From Tubulanus polymorphus (taxonomy: Eukaryota > Animalia > Nemertea), in the NCBI RefSeq assembly GCF_964204645.1, contig NC_134026.1, positions 9,013,950-9,077,949 of the forward strand: a stretch of DNA of 64,000 nt. The letters are read 5' to 3'. Below are positions 10,264 through 21,470 of the stretch, piece after piece (the stretch's first letter is position 1; each line of letters begins with the position of its first letter). The notes under the pieces are model-generated. The model saw only the letters and a list, made by a program, of their open reading frames with translations, searched no databases and was not told where the DNA came from. Both the position numbers and the translations under genes were made by a program.

Positions 10264-13200
10264 TCAGATGTTCCTGAAAACAAAAAAGAAAACAACATTC
10301 ATTAACAGATAAAATAAGCATCGATTAATAGACTTCATGGATAATTGCACCCTCTTCTTTAATTATCAACTAATTCCTATGCAATAATAACACCACTTAT
10401 GACTAGGTAATGGTAACTGGAGTTCACTAAACAGCTTATTACTCTAGTAGGACTAACTTAAAGTTCAGCTTTTCATTGCAGGTGATTACTAATTAAGTTT
10501 CCAACATGTAGTCTACTACTAACATTTCTAATTACCTATCTCTCAAAATTGAAGTGAAGGAGTTGTAAAGGAATATTGGGCATTTTGCTCATATCAAGGA
10601 GTTTCAAACACCAAAGCATTTTCTATTAAGGAGTTTTCGAGGAATCAAAGTTTCATAGACACCCTGATTCAGATACGCGCCAAAGGAATCTAACTTTACA
10701 GCACTAATGAAAAATGGATTACAAACACCAGACAAATGCAGTTTCCATGTCAATCAGTTTTTGCGTGTACACTTACTTATTTGAAACTAATCCTTCTTTT
10801 TGCGCCAACTTTAAGAGACAATCATCAGATTCTCCCTGAATAGTAAAGAACAAAATAAATATAGCTGCAAATCGATTTTCGCTAAGTCTAAACATAGCAA
10901 TTTGCACTCTGTTATAATCCTAGAAAGACAAGAATCCACTACGCACTCCCACAGATAGACAGACATATTTGTGCCTACAGTGTATGTTGCTGTCAGTAGG
11001 GAGTAGTAAATGATTTTCCTACCATACCAGGCAAAGCCTTATAACTCCCAAGATTAAAAGGGATTATTCCCTTCATAGCCGAAATTTAGACCAGTCAAGA
11101 AATATTGCCCCACGAGAGCCCCCTCCCCGCCTGGGGGGTGTTGAGTTCGGTGATGCTTTTTATTCAGCCTATAATGTGTCCCAATTCCCCAATCCAAATC
11201 TTACCATGCATCTGATGTTACCACAGATGGCAAAGGTCTTGTTGTTTCCAGTCATGCGACCGGTAGTTTCATCAACCTACAAAGTAAACATGAATCGCAT
11301 ATGTCAATTGGATAATACTAGGAGATCAAGAGCTCAGGATCAAACTTTATAATTATAAGGGTTACCTCATACGCTAAACTAGGGGTTCAGGGACACCATG
11401 CCCACTTGGGAAGAGGTTTCAAATGCTCAACAATCCAACAATTTCAATAACCAACGCCCCCTGGTGACCATATAATACAGAAACCAATGACCTTGAAACT
11501 CGCCACAATCATGGAATATGTCAGCAGCTATGATTTTTTAATTAATTGTGATAACAAAATATGCCTTGTTACCAATTCAATATGGAAATTCTAAGTAATT
11601 CTACTATTCAACGACCCCTGGTGACCATATGCAAAACCCAATGACCTTGAAACTCACCACAATCATAGAAGATGTCATGAACTACAACTTTGTAATTGAT
11701 CATGCTAACAAAATACGCCTAGGTAGCAATTTAATAAGGGAATACTATCATTCTACAATTCAACGCCCCCTGGTGACCACATAGAATAACTAATGTCCTT
11801 AAAACTCACCATAATCATAGACAATGTCATGAGTAACCACTTTGCAATTGATTGTGGTAACAAAATATGCATACGAATATAATATAGAAATACTAAGTAA
11901 TTGTATTATTCAACGCCCCCTGATGGCCACATACAAAAACCTATGACCTTGCAACTCGCCAAAATTATAGAACAGGTTATGGGCTACAACTTTCTAATTG
12001 ATTGTGGTAACAAATTATGCCTAGGTATCAATATAATGTGGAAAAACTTTTTCCCACCTACGAATGAGTACTGATGACACCAAGATGGCCACCAATTGCA
12101 CCAATTGAGAAATGGCAAACAAATAGGAGCTACATGACACAGAATTCGGGTCAAATTGACATTTTTGGGCACTAGAAAGGTCATACGATGGCGATCTTGA
12201 GTCCGATAGACCCAATTTTTCTTAAGCTGATTGGCCCTTGGAGGATTCAAATATATATGAAGATCAAGTTAATTGATCGAAGCGTCTTCAAGATTCCCCT
12301 CAAAAAGTTCAAAAATGTGTAGAATTTTGTCATTTTGGCGAACAACAATGGCTGCCAGTCAGCCATCTTGATTCTGACAGGGCCAGTTTTTGGGCTGAAG
12401 ACATTAAATTGAAGTTTCTTCAAAACTTTCCATAACAACTGGAATCCGTCTATGGACGGACGAAAAGTCAACGCAATAGTCCGCTGGGGCTAAAGTCCTC
12501 ACTGGGCTAAAAACCACTCTGATGCTTTAATTCTTACGAGGTCAATCTTTGATGAACTGGGTCTTGAAGTATGATCAACCGGCTTTGTGGATGTAGTAAG
12601 GACAAACACGCCGCATGTGTCGCCTTTTCGCCACTTAATCCGAGAAATACATTACGTACGCCTTAAGTAATGTTGCAATGAGATATCTTAACTAAAGAGA
12701 GATTTCTTAGTGTAAAAAAGAGAGAATGCCAGGACAGACTCCCACGACGCAATCAAGGTTCGAATCCGTATCAAGAGAGGATGAACATTATTGAGAATGT
12801 AATGATTAAAGCAGGGAATCCATACACAAGGGAATCTTCAGGGAATCTCTAGACGAAAACTCACCTCAGCAAAATTGATTTGGATTGATGCATGATCTTT
12901 GGCTGGAATGATTCTGTTGCTGGCAGAACTGAAAAATATTAGAATATTTTTTCGAACTCATTGAATTCTTCGAATTTACCCACGATGAACACGGCCACAC
13001 ACCACTCGCCTTTTCTAAACTACACAGAAAGTCGGTAAACGCTAACATTGCTGTAATGTTTAAATCTACTTGCTTAACTAAGGACAGCCATAATGATAAT
13101 AAAAAAAAGTCCGAAAATGAAACTTCGAGACAGTAGTTTATTTCAACGTTTCGACTATATCCTAATAGTCATCTTCACGAATCATTATTCCTGAAGATGA

Positions 13201-13841
13201 CTATTAGGATATTTTTTTTTATTATCATTGTGGGATTCTCTCTACACTACCGAAGTTGGTTCTGTAATTCCGATTATAGATGATCTTTGAGTCGACAATT
13301 TTTTTGCACCATATCAGATAATACCTGGCAATAACTCTAATTCAGAGGCGCAGTGAACCTCGGTCACTGGTCTTGTCAATCCAAGGTTTATGGGTTCAAA
13401 CCCTGTCCCTGACCCTGGTGACAACAGAGTATTGAGGTCGAAAATTCTTCTCCGGTATCTCCCCCATTGGGAAAAAGAAACATAGAACCCACTTGCCACT
13501 TGGCGTGGCACTTGGGGGGTTGAGAATGTTAGAAAAAAATAAATATATCTAAATATTTTTTCAAATTTGTGAGAAGTACAACCACCAGATGGCGATGGAT
13601 TACTACGATTAGTAGCATTCTTGTCGGCAAGAACCAAATGTCTCTTGACTTCAGGATTGCTGTTACACATCAGCTGCCCAGAGTTTTGAGGGTAAATATA
13701 AGTATAATGGAGATAGGGGCGTTTCCTGTATTTCTGTAATTCGTAGACGATGATTGCACAAAAAGAGAAAGCGTTTCAGCAACCAACCTACCATTTTCGA
13801 GGGACATACATATCCACGAATTCACCGGCGTCGTTTTGCAT
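10264..13841 (-). CDS. rps21: 40S ribosomal protein S21 (eS21), 84 aa
   Basis: Coding exons 13841-13792, 12928-12865, 11276-11205, 10835-10777, 10273-10264, all GT-AG and in phase: [90 protein letters not shown] on the minus strand at 10226-10231. Confidence 0.97.
11377..12513 (-). mobile_element. HINE copy 2, in an rps21 intron
   Basis: Same termini and four ~154-bp units as 9199-10173 and 44019-45280. Confidence 0.85.
13141..13213 (-). ncRNA. Degenerate minimal hammerhead ribozyme motif plus inverted partial copy (Penelope-like pseudo-LTR remnant)
   Basis: Minus strand GTGAAGA-T-GACTAT(TAGGAT)ATAGTC-GAAA-CG-TT (C3 replaced by G); plus strand CTGAAGATGACTATTAGGATAT from 13191 is the truncated inverted copy. 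Confidence 0.55.
13345..13520 (+). mobile_element. Degenerate tRNA-derived SINE-like element
   Basis: A-box-like AGGCGCAGTGA, anticodon-like loop TTGTCAA, B-box GGTTCAAACC at 13393, then a non-tRNA body. Confidence 0.5.
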
Positions 13842-13974
13842 GTTTGATGGTGTTTATCGATCTGAAAATAACAAATATGTTAACCCCGAAAATAGAACTC
13901 GATATACGAAGTAATCGCCAGTTGATTTTACAAGAAATAACCCGCTAAAATGCGTTCTTAATTAGAAAACTCAC

Positions 13975-14024
13975 CGTTTCACGAACACGTTTCTGAGGAT
14001 TATCAGTAGAGAGGAAGTCACGTG
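13975..14024 (-). promoter_or_regulatory. rps21: rps21 non-coding first exon with polypyrimidine (TCT/5'TOP) initiator
   Basis: Minus strand CTTCCTCTCT at 14017-14008, donor GTGAG at 13974, acceptor before 13861; E-box CACGTG at 14019-14024. Confidence 0.8.
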
Positions 14025-14260
14025 GTTTGGGCCGCGGACAGCGAACCGGATCATCTGTGCGGAGCGTTGTCCGATGAATCATTCCCATATGATGGTTAGT
14101 CGGGGCCGGGACATACTGAACTGTCAAACAATTTATCACTTCAACTGTCAAACAATTTATCATTTCATGCTAAACAATTCATGATCTTTAGGATAGTTAC
14201 TGAAATCAAAATGATGTTTTAATGTTTTTAAATCATCAGTTATGTTATTAGTTTTTATCT

Positions 14261-14872
14261 TTAATATGTGTTATGATATTTTGATTTAAGATGGTGTGAT
14301 TTATTGCTTCGAGTATAATATTTTCCACAATTACATAAAACGCTTTCATTAGGATTATATTTAGGCGCAACAATTTCATTATCTAAATTACATTGAATTC
14401 CAACATCTTTATATGATTTTTCATTTGGAATGTCAGGGATAAATCTCTTTTCTTGTAATCTGAAAAACATAACATAGCATTCTCTGAATGGGCAATAACG
14501 TAAGTGTAAAAATAATGTTTTATGATTTAATAATGTACTTTCATCATTAAAAAGTGATTGCATTTCATCTGTAATTATTAAATGTTTATCTATTCCATCA
14601 AATGTTGTGAATTTTGGAATTATTGTATTGAATAAGATTTTATCTTTATCCTTCGATAACTCTATCATTAGATAATGATTTTTAAACACTAATTCAGTAA
14701 TATTTTTCACTTGAAAACGAAGACGCGCAGTTTTAATCAAATCTTTAATAGGAATGAAATTTTTAATTGTAAAATATTTTTCTAATTCATTTAAATCGAT
14801 ATCTTTGAAATGTAGTATCTGTTCATTCATATTTATAAGTAATTTTGTTATTAAAATTGATATTTTCATCAA
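14261..14872 (-). CDS. Orphan intronless AT-rich ORF (~203 aa) with C-terminal CxC...H...H zinc-finger-like motif
   Basis: Uninterrupted ORF in very AT-rich DNA; ends SYKDVGIQCNL...VLCNCGKYYTRSNKSHHLKSKYHNTY. Confidence 0.55.
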   Translation of the reverse strand: MMKISILITKLLINMNEQILHFKDIDLNELEKYFTIKNFIPIKDLIKTARLRFQVKNITELVFKNHYLMIELSKDKDKILFNTIIPKFTTFDGIDKHLIITDEMQSLFNDESTLLNHKTLFLHLRYCPFRECYVMFFRLQEKRFIPDIPNEKSYKDVGIQCNLDNEIVAPKYNPNESVLCNCGKYYTRSNKSHHLKSKYHNTY

Positions 14873-15101
14873 CTCGTTAATTACTCGTTACTTTTTATGT
14901 TAAAAAATAAGAATTTAACGCATATAAATATAAATATTCACTGTTTTAAATATGAATTATTTCACTCGTTAATTACTCGTTACTTTTTATATTGAAAATA
15001 AGAATTTAACGCATATAAATATGAATATTCACTGTTTTAAATATGAATTATTTAGCTCGTTAATTACTCGTTACTTTTATACTGAAAATAAGAATTTAAC
15101 G
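14873..15101. repeat. ~92-bp tandem repeat, 2.5 copies
   Basis: CTCGTTAATTACTCGTTACTTTT unit starts at 14873, 14965 and 15056. Confidence 0.9.
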
Positions 15102-16782
15102 TAGCGAAGTGGAGCGACCAATTGATTTAATACAATATGCTTTTTAAATTATTGATATCTTAGAATGAATATTTAGTTTTAATATAAAATACACAAGGTT
15201 ATGAAAATATATTATAGTTTTTAATTACTTTTAATGTTTTGTTTTTTAATGAGCTCGACCGTTCGACCTTTGATCTGAAAGCCCATTACCCCTATTACCC
15301 GCGGCTTATGAATTGATTTATCACACATGTTTTATATTTCCTATAAAAAAATCTCAAGGCTGGAAGAAGAACTCACGCACTGTAGGCCTCGTTAGAATGT
15401 ATGAATATAATGTATACTTTGTACCAGATTGTCTGATGCTTTTTAAAGGAAAATGGCAGTTATATTGACCAAAGAAATATATACATATCATTCAAATTTT
15501 ACGTGCTATAAGCTATACCCGGAGGGTAGAGAAAGAGAAGAATATATATGATTTGTATTATAAACTTACACAATGGTTATATTGACATTAGAAGAATAAG
15601 GTTGTCATCGATTCGTGTTGCACTGTCCTGCACCATGATAGTTTTGCTTGATCTAATTCATCAGTAGACTTATAGCTATCAGATGAGGACTATTGATATT
15701 TAGATCAAAATTCAATTCGAAAACAGTTGGGGCAATACACAACTCGGTAGATTAGAAGAGATGACAGAAAGCATGGATGCAGGGTAGTATCTTGCGGAGG
15801 TAGGCGTTATTCCCCCCCCCCCCAAAAAAATGCTCCTTTTCCAAATACTATCGCTATAATTACATTTTCAGCTTTTCTCCAGCTATGAGCCAGCTAGAGG
15901 GAGACTCATTTCCGGTCGTGGTGGTTCTTGTTGGACAGTAACGATACTTCCTGTCTCTGATAAGTCTCTTTACGACGAGCGATTTCGTGGCATGTCGTTT
16001 GCGATTATGCATCTAACGAATGATTTTTATATGTTTTTTTTAAACAATTTTACATTTAAGGAAAAATCTAAATCTATCTAGTCATACGTGCAATAAAATA
16101 AGTTTAATTTGAGTTTAGTTAGCAGTCAAAACCACCGCTTTTTGCAATATATATCTCATAAATGGCTTTACAACTTATTCGCAACGCAATCACATAAATC
16201 GTTTCAGAATCCTGAGGGAACCGTTCAGCTAATTCGAACTGAGGTCTGTTGATACTTTGTTAGGTATAGCTGTTCACGTAAAAAGTAACCAAACCCGACG
16301 TTATATCTCATGGAGATGCTTCCGCAAAACAGAAAATGGAAACTAAATTAAAAAAAAAAAACCTTTTACATCTCACTGCCTGGTGGACTCAGTTGTTTCT
16401 TTTCTATAGCACTGATTTCTACCGCCTCTTTCTTTCATAACAATGATAACGTTATGGGACAATAAAGAATAATTGAATTGAATAAAAGAAATTACAGAAA
16501 TTTTGTCTTTGCAGGCGTTTGTATTTTGCACATGTATATGATATATGTATTAATTACTTTGAGAAATGAATATTATCATCATTATTATTCTCATATTATA
16601 TAATTTCACAAGGAAGAAGAAAATGTATTACGAAGATCCACCCGTTTGTTTTGAACTTGATTACCTTTTACATAGCTCGGTTTTGGTTTTCACCATGCGG
16701 CCATGAGGCGGGAATTGAAGAAGAAATGATCCCAAATTATTTGAAAATAAAAATCTTCCGTCTCAAAATAAATCTAACGTTT

Positions 16783-17730
16783 TCATGGTCGGCATTTAAT
16801 CAAACGGGCGGTCACCGTACGAAACTCTTTACCTGATAAAATATACAGATAGAAATTCATCGCATAATTCAAAGCGAATAGTTTAGAAGCGACGTAAGAG
16901 GGTATTTTCAGCACGACATTCAAGCCCCTAACAGCGCGCAGAGTCGAGAACAGACAAACTGGAATCATCGTTGCAACGAAGAATACCATGACGGTCAGAA
17001 CCATACGACTGGCTTGATTCGTTTTCGTCGTACCCTTTCCTGAAGCGGACACCGCGTCTTTCGACCTCATCGTAACCACCATCATTATAGTCGCTATTGA
17101 AATCACCACTGCCGGAAAATACGTGAACAGAGAATATAAAGCATACGCGACCAAAACATAATCAAAGTTTGGAAATGTGCATTGCACTATCGGGGACAGA
17201 TTGTCGCAAGTGATCGTCCAGTTGAATGAAAAAATACCAAACATCACCACAGTCAGAGTGGCGCACATAATAGACGATGTTTTCGGTGTCCAGAATCGTT
17301 TGGCAGTGAAAGGGAAGCGGATAGCGCATAGCCTCTCGATCGTAACCAGAACCAATAAAACTGGACTCATACACATTGCCATAAACACCAGTTGTTCGTG
17401 GAGAATAACTCCATAATCATTGTAGAAAGTGACAATGTTTTCCCCCATGTATCTTATCCCTATAATGTTTAGTAGAATACAGGCGGATTCGCCTAGGCGC
17501 ACGTTGTCGGAAAGCGCGAGAGTAAATAGGAATCGACTGTAAGATAGTTTCCAGAAACATCGCTTCAACATTATGATAACTATGAAATTGTTTCCTACGA
17601 CTCCGAAGATAACGTATAGGAGAGTATAACAGTTATCAAGCATTTGATACAAATCGGAAGGATTGGGATTTACAGATGTGAGTAACGCGTGTTCGAGAGG
17701 GTAGAATATTCGAGTCATATTCGTAATCAT
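16783..17730 (-). CDS. Intronless rhodopsin-like (class A) GPCR, peptide-receptor-like, 315 aa
   Basis: Seven hydrophobic segments; GVVGN (TM1), LALSD (TM2), TIERLCAIRFPF (DRY-equivalent), FP (TM5), MIP (TM6), NYAMNFYLYILSGKEFR (TM7/H8). Confidence 0.9.
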   Translation of the reverse strand: MITNMTRIFYPLEHALLTSVNPNPSDLYQMLDNCYTLLYVIFGVVGNNFIVIIMLKRCFWKLSYSRFLFTLALSDNVRLGESACILLNIIGIRYMGENIVTFYNDYGVILHEQLVFMAMCMSPVLLVLVTIERLCAIRFPFTAKRFWTPKTSSIMCATLTVVMFGIFSFNWTITCDNLSPIVQCTFPNFDYVLVAYALYSLFTYFPAVVISIATIMMVVTMRSKDAVSASGKGTTKTNQASRMVLTVMVFFVATMIPVCLFSTLRAVRGLNVVLKIPSYVASKLFALNYAMNFYLYILSGKEFRTVTARLIKCRP

Positions 17731-18345
17731 GGCGAGCGATAGGAATTATCTTTACGCGTACCACCACAAAAATATCAGCCGTCTATCATTTCGAAAAAAG
17801 ACTACGAGGATATGATTCAAGCACCGTCTTTGATGTCAGAAAACAATCATATATAAAACCAAATTGTTATACGGACGCCCCGCTGCGACGCTAATACGCG
17901 TTTACCCGTTCGTCGCGCCGTATACAATTCAAATTCAGATTCCGACACGACTCTTCAATTTACATTTCTCAATATATTTCATTAGCCTTATATTCATCGT
18001 TGCGGCTCTCGTGGAAAATATGAATTACTCCGTGTCGCAACTCGGAGAACATATATTATATGTAGAACGCACAAAATCAATTACGCAAACAGCGACATTA
18101 TATGAAGTACTGATCTTCACTAGTGTTTGTGGATCTGTATGATGATTCTAACACATGAAACAAACAAAACACGTGTAAAATGAAACAGTTCTCATTGGAT
18201 TCGGTCAATTGATATATGTACTTAATCATATGTCTATAAAGGAATACGATATATTGAGGCGTATTTTATGGTGGCCGTACGAAAACATTTTCTAAACGGT
18301 TAGAGGAACGATAAAAAATGTCCTTGTTTGCCCGTTTTTATTTGT

Positions 18346-18601
18346 GCGAGAATTCAAAACTTTTGGTTTTCTCAATGCTCGCGTACCAGGGTTTGATTGC
18401 TTCCCGCCGAAGCTCGCGCCAATACTAACGCTGTTTGCGGCCAGGGTTTGTGTTTTTGTGAGCTTCGGCGGGCGGCAAACAAACCCTGGCAAGCGAGGAT
18501 ATGTTTCTCGCGCGAAAATTCAAAACTTTTTCATTTTCTCGGTCAAGAATTCCTAACTGTTGGTAATCCCGCGCGAGAATTCAAAAAGTTTTGGTTTTCT
18601 C
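18346..18601. repeat. GC-rich hairpin flanked by three direct repeats
   Basis: CCAGGGTTTG...CCCGCCGAAGCTC pairs with GAGCTTCGGCGGG...CAAACCCTGG (18386-18489); GCGAGAATTCAAAA..TTTGGTTTTCTC near 18346, 18512 and 18573. Confidence 0.7.
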
Positions 18602-19329
18602 GCTCGAGAAATCCAAAATTTCAGCGATATCAATATATGACCATAGCACCACAGCAGCGTGTCGAAGGGAACGAATACAAATTTCTGCAGTGAGCTGATT
18701 AGTCCATGTTTTCGCTGACGTCGTATCTCAGAAAAATTTATTTTTCAGAAATGACATTTGAAATTCTGTTAATAATCGGCAGCTCAATTGGTAAAGACAT
18801 CTATGTCATTTCAGTTTTATATTTGGCCAAAATGGAACGTGACCTTAATTATCATATGTTGCTATTGGTTTTGGTCAAACCATTAGAACTATCCAGATTT
18901 AGGGGGCCAAAGTTGTGGGTCGGTGAGTGAACAATTTTTTTCTGAATTTTACCAGATACGTCACTTTATCCTGTTAGATACGCCGGGTATAGATACGCCA
19001 GTTGGTGAAAAAGAAGATTGCCTGTTTTGTAGGTACGTCTCTCTATACAACACACAAAATGCATTTAGATATCAATATACCTCATTCCTTAAATTTTGAA
19101 GCAAGTAATACTCACTAAGTCTCAAATTGAATAAAATGTCTCTTATTTTCAACTAGATAACAATAAGAGAAATATTATAACATTATATTAAATATCTACA
19201 AATCAGTATCGATATTAAGATAAAACTCCTTTTGTTTAACAATCAGACATTCATTTAACTTTTATGCGATATTTACCCAATGATTTAGTTTTAGGCAATG
19301 GGAAAAGACAATACACATGTATATTAATG

Positions 19330-21470
19330 CGGCAGGTTTTCGTAGAACGTGATTTGGTCTGCAAAACGGATTACAGGGGTTGGCCTACTGCAGAACGAAA
19401 TCAAATCTGCATACTTGTCAGCAGATATCTTTGGGCGGACTGGATATGCGGCTTTGATGGAGGATACCATTGTTTGTCGAGCGAGGGGATGATCAAGCTT
19501 TCAAATCTCTCGTCGCATTGAAGTCTATAACAGTTTCTTTGGTTTTTTCAACTCGGTACTCGTAGCTGCTTCACTTTGGTCCAGTCAATTCTGATTCTGA
19601 TTCCATTTCCTGATTCACGGACTCTAAGGATCCTCGTATCTTGCGAACGAGTTTTCCAATCGTAGAATTCGACTGCATCATCCACATGGTATGCCTTTTT
19701 ACATGCTAATCGACTAAAGACTGGAAGTTCGGATGGTACGTTTATCTTACCAGCTCGTTTAATTGCTCTCTCCACAGCACTGTGCATACTGTCTCCCCCG
19801 CTTTGTCCATGTCCAGTCTAAAAGTAATATAACGTTAAAGTAATATAACCTTACGCTTTCAATCGAGGGTGCGATCTTGTTCACGACGAGAGAATCATTC
19901 CAGGAACTATCGAGTTTTTGTTCTGACCTCCACATCGATCAGAAAACAGTCTAACATCTTTCACTCCAGTTTCATTAATGCTAGATAGCCCAGTTGAGAA
20001 GACAAGATGCTATCTCGTTTGAGCCCCTTTTGGCTTGACCCTCGTGCCATTGATAGCAACTTCCTTTTTGTTTTCCGACGTTGTATACCGTGAAGTTATA
20101 GCATGACAGCTTTCGTTTATAGAATAATTCGCTTCTATTCGATATCGGCAGACTGATGACTTGTTGCAGATCGAAACAGCCAACAGCCAATTTTGAATTG
20201 TTGGCTGTTTCATTTTTAAGCTATTCCTTAATTCTGCGCACTTCATCTTTTTCTTTGATATGGTTTTCATACATTTCAAAGAAACGCTTGACGATAAGTA
20301 TCGCATAGGCCGCACATGTCCTTTTTAGGGACGTGGAATTTTAGGTTCTGTGATTTAAAAACTTTTAAGCAAAAAGAAAAAGACACAGGCGTATTTGATG
20401 GATCGGAGCTGTATAGATCGAACATCTTTTTTTACTGTTAACTAAGGAGCGAGAAATTGCAGTTGGAATTTGCCCTGCAATAATGAGATTCAGTTCGAGG
20501 AAAGCGGTTGATATGGGTAAGGACAGTTTTCTTCTTCATAGCATCTTCACTGGCCAATATCTGCCTTCTACCATATCGTTTTATGACCAAGAACTCCATT
20601 AGGGCCAGTCTTTTTGACAACTGTTCTCACTCGCATCTTACTTATCCCTAGTGTGTTCGAAAACATTACAAACTTCCACATTTTCATTTTTCTCAACATT
20701 CGGTAGATAGGAGCGCAAGGTCCTTCATGCCTGCTCTGATGAGATACAGTTTCCTGCCCTTTGGGCACTGATTTCAAATATCTTCCAATATATTCTCGCT
20801 ATTTTTCAAGATCTCCTAAATCATAGAATGATGTAATTAGATTTAAACAATGGACGTCAGGTAGCTCATCGCAAGCAAGATGTCTTATACCGCATGCAGT
20901 ACTGCTGCATCGTGGATGGAGCTCTCTGCTCTTTGGTTTCTGCTTATTGCGTTGATTAGTATACTTAAAGCCAAAATGTATATTACGCTTAGCGTTCTGA
21001 CGCAAGATCTCCTTGTCCGACCTCTTTCGTTTTTCTGGTGTACGCCCAATTACTTAACGAGGAGTTCCTTCCACAATAAAACTTTCCGGCAATACACGTT
21101 TCGTTGTTTCGGCTACATATGGTGTAGATACAATAACAGCTTCTGGCGGAGAGTGGAAAGGAGAGGTTGCTGGCTGGCTCAAGACGATGGAAGTAGCACG
21201 GCTCATCATTGACAAAATGGTCATAGCAAAGAAGACGTTGACATGTTCCCTGGTTGGCGACACATGCCGCAAAAACCTCCTTATTGCAGGTGAAACCGCA
21301 TACCTTTAAGGTGTATCGAATCCACGTCTTCATACCCGTCATCTACTGGTAGAGTAGGATCATTGATATCCGAAAAATCGTTCTAATCGGTGTTTTCTTT
21401 ATCATCGCCATCACCGTCACTTTGATAAGAATCAAAGTCGACGACTACACTCCATTCCACCATGAAATTC
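19330..21470 (-). pseudogene. Decayed Sola-like (DUF7869-type) transposase
   Basis: Fragments FPRTESHYCR, CFDLQQVISLP, FYKRKLSCYNFTVY, WHEGQAKRGSNEIASCL, LFSDRCGGQNKN, GHGQSGGDSMHSAVER across several frameshifts and stops; termini not resolved. Confidence 0.75.

Noticed and set aside
12757-12767. Perfect B-box GGTTCGAATCC as a Pol III gene
   Set aside because: No clear A box or tRNA fold; probably a SINE relic or chance.
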